Position numbers and translations under genes: made by a program. Of a DNA stretch of 64,000 bases, positions 51,440 to 64,000 are shown in pieces. Source of the stretch: Octopus sinensis (taxonomy: Eukaryota). Numbering within the stretch: position 1 is the first letter of the stretch; each line of letters begins with the position of its first letter. The notes under the pieces are model-generated. The model searched no databases and had not been told where the DNA came from. It was given only the letters and a program-made list of their open reading frames with translations. The DNA lies in the NCBI RefSeq assembly GCF_006345805.1, contig NC_043016.1, positions 13,330,001-13,394,000 on the forward strand. The letters are read 5' to 3'.

Positions 51440-51528
51440 TAGTTATCGCCATACTAATATGGCAGTCTAAATATAAGCTTTAGTCTTATATTTAGACGCC
51501 ATATTAGTATGGTGATAACTATTAATAT
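51433..51528. repeat. 96-bp near-perfect hairpin (44/45-bp arms, 7-nt loop)
   Basis: ATATTAATAGTTATCGCCATACTAATATGGCAGTCTAAATATAAG pairs with its reverse complement, with one substitution and a 1-nt indel. Confidence 0.92.
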
Positions 51529-51590
51529 CCAGTAACGCTGCCGTAATCTCCTTTAGAGAGACTTAGTAATTTTAATATTTCTATATATAT

Positions 51591-52711
51591 ATCATCATCA
51601 TCATCATCATCGTTTAACGTCCGCTTTCCATGCTAGCATGGGTTGGACGGTTCAACTGGGGTCTGGGAAGCCGAAGGCTGCACCAGGCCAGTCAGATGTG
51701 GCAGTGTTTCTAAGCTGGATGCCCTTCCTAACGCCAACCACTCCGAGAGTGTAGTGGGTGATTTTATGTGCCACGACACAGGTGCCAGACGAGGCTGGCA
51801 GACGGCCACGCTCGGATGGGTTTTTATGTGCCACCGACACAGGTGCCAGACGAGGCTGGCAGACGGCCACGCTCGGATGGTGGTTTTTTATGTGCCACCG
51901 ACACAGGTGCCAGACGAGGCTGGCAGACGGCCACGCTCGGATGGTGTTTTTTTTATGTGCCACGACACAGGTGCAGACGAGGCTGGCAGACAGCCACGCT
52001 CGGATGGTGTTTTCTTATGTGTCACCGACACAGGTGCTAGACGAGGCTGGCGGACGGCCACGCTCGGATGGTGTTTGTTACGTGCCCTCAGCACGGAGGC
52101 CAGTCATTGCGGTTACTGGCTACGGTCACGTTCGGATGGTTTTCTTATGTGCCACCGGCACTGGTACCACAAGGATACAAATTCCATTGATGTTCATCTA
52201 TTTTGATTTGGTTCGATTGATTTGATAAGATTCGATTCTCACTTGCCTCAAAAGTCTTCACAAGTGTCACAAGAAGGAAGGTATGCACAGGTGGACTGAC
52301 TACGTCCCAGGTAGGGGCCACGGATTATGGCTTCACTAGTCTTGCCGGGTCTTCTCACCGCACAGCATACTTCCATAGTCTCGGTCTCTAGTCATTTCCA
52401 TGGTGAGACCTAACGTCCGAAGGTCGTGCTTCACACCTCGTCCAGGTTTTCCTGGGTCTAACCTCTTCCACGGTTCCCTCAACTGCTAGGGATTGGCACT
52501 TTCTCACACACCTCTCTTCATCCATTCTCGCCACATGACCATACCAGCGCAATCGTCTCTCTTGCACACAAAACTGATGCTTCTTAGGTACAACATTTCT
52601 CTCAAGGTACTAACGCTCTGTCGAGTAAGTACACTGACATTACACATCCATCGGAGCATACTGGCTTCGTTCCTCACGAGCTTACGCATGTCCTCAGCAG
52701 TCACGGCCCAT
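51591..52711 (-). mobile_element. 5'-truncated RTE LINE with a ~62-bp tandem array in its 3' UTR
   Basis: ORF end MTAEDMRKLVRNEASMLRWMCNVSV, a (GAT)n tail, and five near-identical units at 51762-52073. Confidence 0.88.
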
Positions 52712-52735
52712 GTATATATATATATATGATATATA

Positions 52736-54710
52736 CATCATCATCGTTTAATGTCCATTTTCCATGCAAACATGGGTTGGACAGTCTGGAAAGCCAGGAG
52801 GCTGCACCAGACTCCAATCTGATCTGGCAGTGTTTCTACAGTTAGATGCCCTTACTAATGCCAACCACTCCGTGAGTGTAGTGGGTGCTTTTTATGTGCC
52901 ACCGGCACAGGGGCCACAGGGGGTTGGCAATGGCCATGATCAGTTGGTGCTTCTTATGTGCCACTGGCACGGAAGCCAGCTAAGGCGACGCTGGCATCGG
53001 CCATGTTCAGATGGTGCTTTTTATATGCCACCAGCACAGGTATCACAACTACAATTCCCATTTGATTTTTATTTTGATGTTGATTTACTTGACTCAATAG
53101 ATCTCCTCAAGCACACCAGGTCACCTTATGATCCAAGGCACTTTGGAAGGGCTGGGGCTGGTTGTGTGAAGCTGGTGTAGGATACAGCCATGAGCTCACT
53201 TTATTTGTCGGGTCCTCACAGTCACAGCATATATCCAGAGCTCTCAGTCTTTCGTCTTTGCCTCTATGAGGCCCAACGTTCAAAGGTCATGCTTGACCAC
53301 TTCATCCCATGTCTTCTTAGGTCTACCTCTACTCCGGATTCCTTCAACTGTTTGGGAGTGGCACTTCTTCACACATCTCTCCTCATCCATCCATAGTACA
53401 TGACCATACCAGCACAGTCGTCTCTCTTGTACACCACATCTGATTCCTTTTATGCCCAACTTTCTCTCAGGGTGCTTACACTCTGTCTTGCATGGACACT
53501 GACATTACACATCCAGCGGATCATGCTAGCTTCATTTCTTTCGAGCCTACTCATATCCTCTGCAGTCACAGCCCATGTTTCACTTCTGTGAAGCATAGCA
53601 GTTCGCACACATGAGTCATACAATCTACCTTTCACTCTAAGCAAGAGACCCTTTGTTACCAGTAGGAATAGAAGCTTTCTGAACTTTGCCCAGGCTATTC
53701 TTATTCTAGGGGTAACACTCTCTAAGCATCCACCCCCACTACTAACTTGGTTACCTAGGTAGCAGAGGCTATCAACTACTTCTAGTTTCTCCCTCTGGAG
53801 TATGATGGAATCTGTTTTCTACGTATCTGTGGTGTCTATTGCCCTTGTGCATCTGCTACATACAAAAGCTATCTTGTTGGTTAATTTTCCTTTGATGTTG
53901 CTGCACCATTTATGTGTCCATAGCTTACACTGTGTACATCATATGGAGTTTCTACCTACACCTTTTCTACAGATTGAGCAGGGCTAACTACCTGAGGAGG
54001 TGTGTGCTGAGTTTGCCTTCCTACTTACTAGAACTTTGGTCTTTGCTACATTGACTCTAAGGCCTTTGGATTCTAAACCTAGCTTCCACACTTGAAATTT
54101 CTTTTCTAGTTCTGATAGTGATTCTGCTATGAGAGCCAGGTCATCAGCATAGAGGAGCTCCCAGGGGTAACCCATCTCGAATTCCTCTGTTATTGCCTGG
54201 AGGACTGTGATGAATAAAAGGGGATTGAGGGCTGAACCTTGGTGGACCACTACTTCTACCCGGAATTCTACACTATACTCATTGCCAATCCTAACCTTAC
54301 TAACGGCCTCTCTGTATAGGGCCTGTACAGCCCTTATTAACCATTCGTCAATCTCCAGTTTCCGCATTGCCCACCAGATAAGGGATCGGGAGACCCTGTC
54401 AAAGACTTTCTCCAAGTCCACAAAAGCTAAGTAGAGGGGTTTATCTTTAGCTAGGTATTTTTCCTGCAGTTGTCGAACCAGGAATATAGCATCAGTGGTG
54501 CTTCTACTCAGCACAAAACTGAACTGCATCTCATCTAAGCAGACTCTCCCCCTAATAAGATGGGCTACAACCCTTTCCATGACCTTGATCACCTGATCCA
54601 GCAGTTTAATACCCCTGTAGTTATTTCTACCTAGAGCAACACCTTTACCCTTATAGCAGTTGACTATGGTGCTGCTATGCCAGTCATTGGGTATGACTCC
54701 ATCATGAACT
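52736..54710 (-). mobile_element. 5'-truncated RTE LINE with reverse-transcriptase domain
   Basis: ORF 53984-54757 contains NYRGIKLL, FVDLEKVFDRV, HQGSALNPLLF and LLYADDLAL (YADD at 54140-54151). It is frameshifted downstream and ends in a (GAT)n tail. Confidence 0.93.
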
Positions 54711-55661
54711 ACATACACACACACACACACACACACATATGTATGTAACTCAAACAAGTAAAAGATAAAAATAGTTTGCTGTATTTATTCCAGTACTTTG
54801 TGTTCTGCCTTTACTTTGATTTTTTTTTTTTTTTTGCCACTATTTTTCAACCACAATGAATTGGTAACTGAGTCTATGATAAAAGACAAATACCCAAAGT
54901 GCCTTGTAATGGAAATGAACTTCCTAAACTAATAGCCTTGTCTGTACCCATAGATTATGAGTTCAAATCTACTGTAGTGATTTTGATGAATTTTGGGGAA
55001 AACACACAGAAATGCAATATTTTATGTTATTTCATTGTTTTGGTTCACCTAACTGCTTGAAATAGACACAAAATTTTGTAGCAAAAAAGGTCAATGATGA
55101 TAATGATCAACATTCTCAACTCAAAAGAAGCTCATGGAGAAAAGATGACTCAGAGAAAAGGGAAATGTAATTCTCTTGTGTTCTGTTGCTGGCTACAAAC
55201 CAAAACAACCAAAGTATTCCTGCAATACGTTTTCTTAAATTGGCACCATGGGAAAACGTCTCCAGTTGTAAGCCTTGTGAGTGAATTTGGTTGGTGGAAA
55301 CTGTACAGAAGCCTATCATGTGTGTGTGTGTTATATATTTGTCCTCCATCTCAACTCGACAACTGGTGTTGATTTTTGTTTATGTCCCCATAACTTAGCA
55401 CTTCAGCAAAAGAGACTGATAGAATAAGTACCAGGCTTTAAATAAATAGATACTGAGGTTGATTTGTTTGACTAAAACGACGCTCTTAGGTGGTGCCCCA
55501 GCATGGCCACAGACCCATGACTGAAACAAGATAAAAGATAGAAATAAATCACTTGTAGCTGGCTGCTTTAAATATTGGACCAAATTACTTTGGTTCTACT
55601 GTTTTGTATCTAAGCACCAAACCAGAGTTGTGTTCATTGGTCAAGACAACTAAATTACCTA

Positions 55662-55891
55662 TTTCTTTACTACCCACAAGGAGCTAAACACAGAGGGGAC
55701 AAACAAGGACAGACATAGGTATTAAGTCGATTACATCGACCCCAGTGCGTAACTGGTACTTAATTTATTGACCCCGAAAGGATGAAAGACAAAATCGACC
55801 TCGGCAGAATTCGAACTCAGAACGTAACGCAGACGAAATACCACTAAGCATTTCGCCCTGTGTGCTAACGTTTCTGCCAGCTCACCGCCTT
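55662..55891 (-). mobile_element. Young SINE family B copy with a 17-bp TSD
   Basis: GACAACTAAATTACCTA at 55645-55661 and 55892-55908. The central block TTTCATCCTTTCGGGGTCAATAAATTAAGTACCAG is present. Confidence 0.9.
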
Positions 55892-58758
55892 GACAACTAA
55901 ATTACCTACAGCTGGCTCAACCTATCTGTCTATAAATAGGTATGCTTTAGCCACAGGAATACTGTATAATTAATTGATTCACTTGTTAATCAGTGGTATA
56001 TGGTAGTGGTTGTTGTATTGGCTGTGCTGCCACAACCAATGCCACCAAATTTCAGGCAGGAGTTTGTGACCGACAATTGAAGAAGTTTAAATTTCTTTCC
56101 CTTTTTGGTTCAGTGGCAAAGTTTGAAATGGACACGTTGCAGGTAATTTATGTGTGTGCATATGAGTGTGTGTGTGAGTGTGTGTGTGTTAATGTGTGTG
56201 TGTGCATATGTGAGTGTGTGTGTGTGCATGTGAGTGTGTGTGAGTGAGTGTGTGTGTGAGTGTGTGTGTGTGAGTGTGTGTATGTGAGAGTGTGTATGTG
56301 TGTATGAGTGTGTGACTGTGTGTGTGTGATTGTGTGAGTGTGCGTGTGTGCATGTGAGTGTGCGTGTGAGTGTGTGCGTGTGTGTGAGAGTGTGTGTGTG
56401 TATGAGTGTGTGAGTGTGCGTGTGTGTGCATGTGAGTGTGTGTGAGTGTGTGTATGAGTGTGTGTGCGTGTGTGAGTGTGAGTGTGAGTGTGAGTGTGTG
56501 TGTGTGTGTGAGACAGTGTGTGTGTAACCATTATACAAGTAGTACCCTTTACTTCAAACATTTTGTATAAAAGATGTTTGGCCATGAGGAAATATTATCT
56601 TACTTGGAAACTGGTGAGAATTAGCAACAGGAAGGACATCCAGCCTTAGAAAATCTGCCTCAGGGAATTCTGTCTGATCCATGTTAGCCTGGAAAAGTTG
56701 AGCCTAAGATGATGATGATGATGATGATGATGACGACAACAGTGATGAGAATGATGCTGATAACTGCAATTGTTTTGTTTTTTACATCCTCTTTTACATG
56801 TGAACATGTGTTGAATGGGACTTTTTAAAGCAGTGTTCTATGGTTGGATACCCTTCATAAAGCCAACTCTTTGTGTCTTTTCTCATGACATTGAAATGCA
56901 GTGTAAGTAGGCTAAAAACCAGAAATCTCATATATATTCATATATATATACATATATGCACATACAACTATACGAATGCACAAGTTATGTAAGTGAATCA
57001 AATCAATTATGTAACTTTACAGTCAACCAAGATTTATATATAAATCTTTAATTAAGTATTATCATGGCCATAATTACACTGCTAATGGAGACAATCATGC
57101 AATCATGCAATATAATAATACAAAACACAAAAACCACCATAAATCTTGAACCGCTTAACAAATTCGACCATATGAGAATGAAGGACAATTCAGAACAATG
57201 AGATGCCCAAAATATAAAAGATTCACAGACAACAAGCATGTCAAACATATATTCTCATCATCGGCTGCCTGATGGATATCACTATGGTTTCAACACCTGG
57301 ACAGGACCATTCAAGCCAGCAATGTCAATAATTAATTCTCATGCAGAGTTTATGCCAAACATAAACATTTCTTGGAAATTAATAAGCAAAACCACATGCA
57401 CACACATGCACACACACATACACTTACATATGTACATGCATACACACACATACACATGCAAACAAACAAACAATCTCTTAAATACACATGTACAGCACAA
57501 TTGTACTACTTGTAATTTTACAGAGTCCATTTCCCAATATTTTATAATTTATTTAATATGGATTTCTTATTTTGAGAAAGAAATCTGTTGACAAAGGGGA
57601 AAGGTTAGGGCCAGGGTTTAACTGATATCAAGTGTCCTGGTCAATCAGTTGAACCACGATGTTACCCACAGATCCATCTTCCTAGTTTTTCAATTTCTCT
57701 GTCAAGCTGAGCACCATACTACACATATTGGCAACACTATCATCATCATCATCATCATCATCATTTAATTTCCATGTTGCATTCTGGCATGAGTTGGATG
57801 ATGTGACAGGAAATGATGGGCCCCTGAATCATGTTCTGCTCCAGTGATTGCTCAGCATGGTTTCTACAGCTTGGTGTCCATCCTAATGCCAACTAATTTA
57901 CAGTGTGTAGTGGATGCTATTTACTGTGCGTGTATATGTGTGTGTCTGTGTGTCACCGGCTCTAGTGAGATTTTCCAAGGAGCTTGCAAGACAATATACC
58001 CTGTGTGGGTGATGTGGAACATTGTACTTGGATGATAATGGTTAGAGCAGTATAAAAGCATGAGAAAAAAGGGCCAGCATGAAATGAGTTTCTTGCTGAA
58101 GAGGAACTACGTGGGTACCGATTATTTAATAGAAAAGGGTGGGTTGGAGCTGAAAGTAGTAACGAGGTGCCAGGGTGGATAGGAACGGGAGGGGCAGGAG
58201 TGAAAGGTGAGGGTGTGTGTGTGGAGTAGAGATATGTCTGATGGTCAAGGCCAGCATAATAGAAAATGATGATACAGTTAATAGGGTGGCAAAAAAAAAG
58301 GGGACGACATGCCAGCAGGGAGGATGCAGGGATGTTGTGAGAAGAGAGAGAGAGAGAGAGGGGGTAGAGCGTGATAGAGGTGGGGAGGTAGGTACAATAT
58401 ATGAGCAAAGGTGCAGTTGTTGAGAGACGTAAAGTATGAGAGGTGCAGTGACATGCATTGATGAATCACATATAGGTGTAGTGTTACAGCCCGAACACGG
58501 TGCACTCCTGCTATACCGTTTCTTGTATGCCAACAGATTCTGCTGGTAGCCACCAGTGATTCATAATCTCTGTTTTTTCACTGATGACATTTATATATGT
58601 GAGAAATATTTTAATGCGTTACGCACGTAACCATTCTACTAACATTTCAGCTATAATCATCCCGTTACCTTTTCTGGGATGTTATATTCAGTGTTAGCTT
58701 ATCCTGGATATTTGATCATTTTTATAAAGATGATGGGGTGGTGGTATTAAAGGAGAGA

Positions 58759-58990
58759 GGCGGCGAGCTGGCAGAAACGTTAGCATGCCGGGCGAAATGC
58801 TTAGCGGTATTTCGTCTGCGTTACGTTGTGAGTTCAAATTCTGCCGAGGTTGACTATGCCTTTCATCCTTTCAGAGTCGATAAATTAAGTACCAGTTACA
58901 CACTGGGGGGTCAATGCAATCGACTTAATACCTATGTCTGTCCTTGTTTGTCCGCTCTGTGTTTAGCCCCTTGAGGGCAGTAAAGAAATA
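58759..58990 (+). mobile_element. Young SINE family B copy with a 16-bp TSD
   Basis: GGTATTAAAGGAGAGA at 58743-58758 and 58991-59006. Closely similar to 55662-55891. Confidence 0.9.
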
Positions 58991-59189
58991 GGTATTAAAG
59001 GAGAGATTCATCTGTTGTATTTTGAGGTGTCAATGTAGTGTCTTGTGTTGTTGTGTTTACAATGTGCCAGTCTTGTATGGTGCTCTGCAGTATTCTGATG
59101 TTTGCATGTCGTGCAATAATAACCTATTTTATAACACTGGAAATTCAGTTTGTGTGTGATGGCACCCACCATACAGACTTCATGTTTAT

Positions 59190-59221
59190 TGTTGCTGTTG
59201 TTGTTGCTGCTGCTATGTTGC

Positions 59222-59279
<58 letters not shown>

Positions 59280-59341
59280 GATGATGTTGATGATGATGAT
59301 GATGATGGTGATGATGATGCTGATGACGATGGTGATGATGG

Positions 59342-59389
<48 letters not shown>

Positions 59390-59396
59390 CAATGAC

Positions 59397-59446
<50 letters not shown>

Positions 59447-59770
59447 CAATGATGACGACGACAACGATGATGATGATGACAATGATGATGATGATGATGA
59501 TGTTGTTGTTGATGTTGTTGTTTAACCCGAGGTGTACCTTGATTGAGCTGAGAAGCTTACGATCAAAAGACAAAGCAATTGATTACCCCATTATTATTAT
59601 TATTTCTTTTGTCTGGAATAAACTGCTTCATCATTGTCATCATCGTTGTCCTTGTCATCGTCATCATAATCATAATCATCATCATCATCATCATCATCGT
59701 CATTATCATCGTCATCATCATTATCATCATCATCATCATTATCATCATCATCATCATCATCATCATCAGC
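59190..59770. repeat. Compound (TTG)n/(ATG)n/(ATC)n microsatellite
   Basis: Read directly. It is the source of the poly-L/M/H/I/S ORFs. Confidence 0.95.
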
Positions 59771-60639
59771 CTCTGGACATTACTGTCTTGAGTCCTAAAA
59801 CCGATAGAACTGGCTACCCAGTTTCCATGGCATTTAAGTGACTAAGATCACAATGGTACCCCTGAAAAGGATGCCAAATCATCACAGTGGTACTCATTTA
59901 CAGCTGAGTGAACTGAGGCAACTTGGAATGAAGCGTTTTGCTTGAAAACACAATGTGTCTCTCAGTCCAGGAATTGAACCTGCAATCTTGCAGTCATGAA
60001 TACAACACCCTAACTACTAGGTTATGCACTTCCACAATATATTGTATACCAAGTAACGTTATCCATTTCATAAAGAGAAAGCGTTAGATTTTAAGGTAAT
60101 TTTGGTGCTATTCTTATCACAATAGTTCCTAAACTCAGAGTAATTACCCCAACTAGAGAAAAAAAAACTGCATTTGGCTGGGACGGTATCGGTAGCACAG
60201 CCCTGGTCTTGGATCTTAACTTGTTGAGGTGAGCTGAATCATTATAATATATGCAAATAAAAAACAATAAGGACCTCACCATTTCTTATATCAATGGCAT
60301 TTTCACAGCTTCATTCCACAAGGAGCCAACAGGAAAAACAAATGCAGAGCCATAAATAGAGGTGGGCAGTTGACACTAATCAACCTTTGTAATTAAATTT
60401 GTGTTCAAAATATGTATTTTGATATACAACAAAATGGTCATCTCAGTTCAGATTAGGTTATCTTATCTCGATTGAATTTTATTAAATGCATTCTTTGTCA
60501 TGCTGAATCTGGCTCATATTTCTCCGACTGCAGCAGACCTTTAACCAGACTGTTATTCCCACTGAGGATTAGTTAAACTTAAATAGGGTCATGTTTCTAT
60601 GAGTGCAACGTTTTAATATACAAAGTCATTATAGAATAT

Positions 60640-60759
60640 ATTTCACACACACACACATTACACACATACACATACAGATACACACATCCACACATACATA
60701 CATACATACACACATACATATACATATATATATAGAGAGAGAGACACACATATGCACAG

Positions 60760-60791
<32 letters not shown>

Positions 60792-61081
60792 TACACACAT
60801 ACAGATACACACATCCACACATACATACATACATACATACACACATACATACACACATACATACATACACACACACATACATACACACATACATATACAT
60901 GTATATATATAAAGAGAGAGACACACATATGCACAGACACACACACACAAACACACACACACATTACACACATACACATACAGATACATACATACACACA
61001 TACATACATACACACATACATACATACATACACACATACATATACATATATATATAGAGAGAGACACACACACACAAACAC

Positions 61082-61116
<35 letters not shown>

Positions 61117-61140
61117 CACACACATTTACACATACATGCA
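60640..61140. repeat. Compound (CA)n/(CATA)n array with higher-order duplication (similar arrays at 17820-18620 and 56150-56530)
   Basis: Read directly. It accounts for the HT-rich and CV-rich ORFs. Confidence 0.92.
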
Positions 61141-61584
61141 CCCACTCATGCACGTGCACATTTAACAAATTTATTTCTAAAATTCAAACAGCTTGATATA
61201 ATACGACAATATATTTTTTCTAAATCTCTAAATCCCCACCATATGCGTATCATTTACTCTCATGATTTCCAAAGCTAAAAGAACAAAGTGACATTCCGAC
61301 ATTCGTGTTTTGTTCTTTTTTTTTAAGTATAGATTGACCCTCTGAGGTTTCCCAATGGTTATTGTCAACAAAGAAAAAAGAAATTAAATAAATGGTGAAA
61401 TTTGTATAAATAAATATTCTTTTCTATTATAGGCACAAGGCCCAAAATTTTGTGGGGAGGAGGCCAGTGGATTTGAGCAACCTCAGTATGCAACTGGTAC
61501 TTACTTTATTGACCCCGAAAGGATGAAAGGCAAAGTCGGCCTTGGCAGAATTTGAACTCAGAACATAAAGACAGATGAAATACT

Positions 61585-62002
61585 TTATTCACATTATTTA
61601 CATTATTTACATTTGATGGATATTTGTCCTCATCTTGTTTGTTGTTAACACAGCCTTCATCAGGTGTCTTGGGGAAATTTTGAACCTGGGTTCTCATTCC
61701 TAAGGTATTTTTCAATATTATTATTGTTGTTGTTATTCAGGTCACTGCCTGGAATTGAACTAGGAATCTTGGGGTTAGTAGTTAAACAACTCTTAACCAC
61801 TATGCCTATGCCTGTGAGCATAGTGGTTAAGAGTTCGAAATTTCCCCAAGGTTCGAAATTTCCCTAAGACACCTGATGAAGGCTGGAGGGTACATCAGCC
61901 GAAATGCTGTGTTAACAACAAACAAGATGAGGACAAATAGCCATCAAATGTAAATAATGTAAATAACGTAAATAATTCCTCATCTCTTAAATATAGAACT
62001 GT
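61585..62002. mobile_element. Head-to-head inverted pair of a tRNA-headed, hammerhead-bearing element inserted into a family B SINE
   Basis: 12-bp TSD AGATGAAATACT (61573-61584, 62003-62014). The minus arm carries A/B-box-like motifs. The plus arm carries CTGATGA-A-GGCTG(...)CAGCC-GAAA at 61873-61904. Confidence 0.72.
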
Positions 62003-62384
62003 AGATGAAATACTGCCTAGCATTTCACTTGGCATGCTAACGTCTCTGCCAGCTTGCTGCTTTTGTATAAATAAATATTGTGAAATTAAAATGCATTTTT
62101 AAAAATGTTTCACAAATTTTTACTTTTAATATATTATTCAATCAAAAACAGAAAGAAAGGAAAACTGATAATTGTTGCAAGGAGGGGTGGGGGCATGTGG
62201 GTGTGTGGGTGTGGATGGGTGTATGTGTTTTGTGTGTCTGTGCTTGTCCCACACCACTAGTTGACAACCAGTGTTGGTGTGTTTACATCCTGGTAACTTA
62301 GCAGTTCAGCAAAAGAGACTGATAAAATAAGCACCAGGCTTAAGAAAACAATAATAATAATATGCACTAGGGTTGATTCGTTTT

Positions 62385-62876
<492 letters not shown>

Positions 62877-63212
62877 ATAAAATTCAATTAAAATTCTTTA
62901 CGCCAGTGCTCCTGCATGGGCACAATCCAATGGTTGGAACATGCAAAAAGTAAAGATAATATTTATATGAGGGAGTCAGGCATAGATTTCAAATTTTAAT
63001 GTAATTCAAATGATGACCTGAAAGATTGTTTATATGTGATAAGAGGTTTGATTCCCAACCATATGGTCAAGAGTTCAATCCCTCTGCATGGTATGGTACC
63101 GTACCATGGGCAAATGCCTTCTTCTATAGTTCCAGGATTACAAAATGATTGTGAGTGGATGGGGTAGATGGAAACTGAAAGAAACCTCTTTGTATATAAA
63201 TGTGTGTGTGTG

Positions 63213-63266
<54 letters not shown>

Positions 63267-63380
63267 TCTCCCACCAGTGCTTAACAACCAGTGTTGATTT
63301 CTTCAGTCCTTGTAACTTAGCTGATTGGCAAAAGAGACCAATAGAATAAGAACCATACTTAATAAAGTAAGCACTGTGAT

Positions 63381-63712
63381 GGTGCATGGCTCAGTGGTTA
63401 AAGCATTGGGCTAACAATCATCAGGTAGTTTGTTCAATTCCTGGACCAAGCTGTGTGTTGTGTTCTTGAGCAAGATACTTTATTACTCATTGCTCCAGTT
63501 CACTCAGCTATAGAAATGAGTTGCGATCTCACTGGTGCCAAGCTGCATCAGTCCTTTTGCCTTTCCCTTGGATAACATTAGTGACACGGAGAGGCTGGTA
63601 TGCATGGGTGACTGCTGGTCTTCCATAGAAACAACCTTGCCCAGACTTGTACCTTGGAGTGGAACTTTCTAGATTCAATCCCATGGTCATTCATGACCGA
63701 AGTGGGTCACTA
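63381..63712 (+). mobile_element. SINE family D
   Basis: Homologous to 36856-37186. Confidence 0.8.
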
Positions 63713-64000
63713 CCCTTTTACTGTGGTCAATTCGTTCAATTAAAATCCTTCAAGGCATGCCTGAGTATGACCAAAATTCAATGACTGAAACAAGTAAAAG
63801 ATTGTTCATTTATTTATTTGTCTATTTATATTTATTTGTCATTGAATAAGAAAATAGCAACATCTATCTTTTATTCTCTGTGTACATAAAACTTATACCA
63901 GAACAATATTTTGCCAAATGATGCAAGGTTGCCAATAAACTTCAATGACATCATTTCATTCATAATTCCTCATATTTTTTTATCTCAATGTTTATTGTTT

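Noticed and set aside
51762-52073. CRISPR-like regularly spaced repeats
   Set aside because: The units are contiguous tandem copies without unique spacers, lie in a eukaryotic LINE 3' UTR, and there are no cas genes.
60280-60400. Minus-strand exon-like segment with in-frame TGA codons (possible selenoprotein), plus splice-like sites near 49290, 57300 and 60550
   Set aside because: No frame is open across plausible splice sites, no SECIS was recognised and there is no recognisable homology. A spliced lncRNA cannot be excluded without RNA data.

Overview
Eukaryotic, AT-rich, microsatellite- and SINE-dense DNA. The repeat landscape suggests an octopod cephalopod, which is an inference and was not database-checked. 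The only convincing host gene is a 4-exon Fos/kayak-family bZIP gene on the + strand (CDS 28251-28421, 29713-30084, 42361-42501, 44087-44596; 397 aa). Its promoter resembles an immediate-early promoter (TATA, three perfect AP-1 sites, CRE variants, CArG-like box, ETS) and its 3' UTR is AU-rich. The rest is transposon debris: tRNA-derived SINEs of several families, RTE, CR1 and R4/RLE LINE fragments, a decayed Ty3/Gypsy pol, three Tc1/mariner remnants, piggyBac and hAT MITEs, and a Penelope-like (GIY-YIG) remnant. Most long ORFs in the supplied track are microsatellite artefacts. The most unusual signal is a set of minimal type-I hammerhead-ribozyme motifs in several distinct short repeat families. 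One has an intact core (18721-18760, minus). Another lies in a tRNA-headed, hammerhead-bearing element inserted as a head-to-head inverted pair with a 12-bp TSD (61585-62002).
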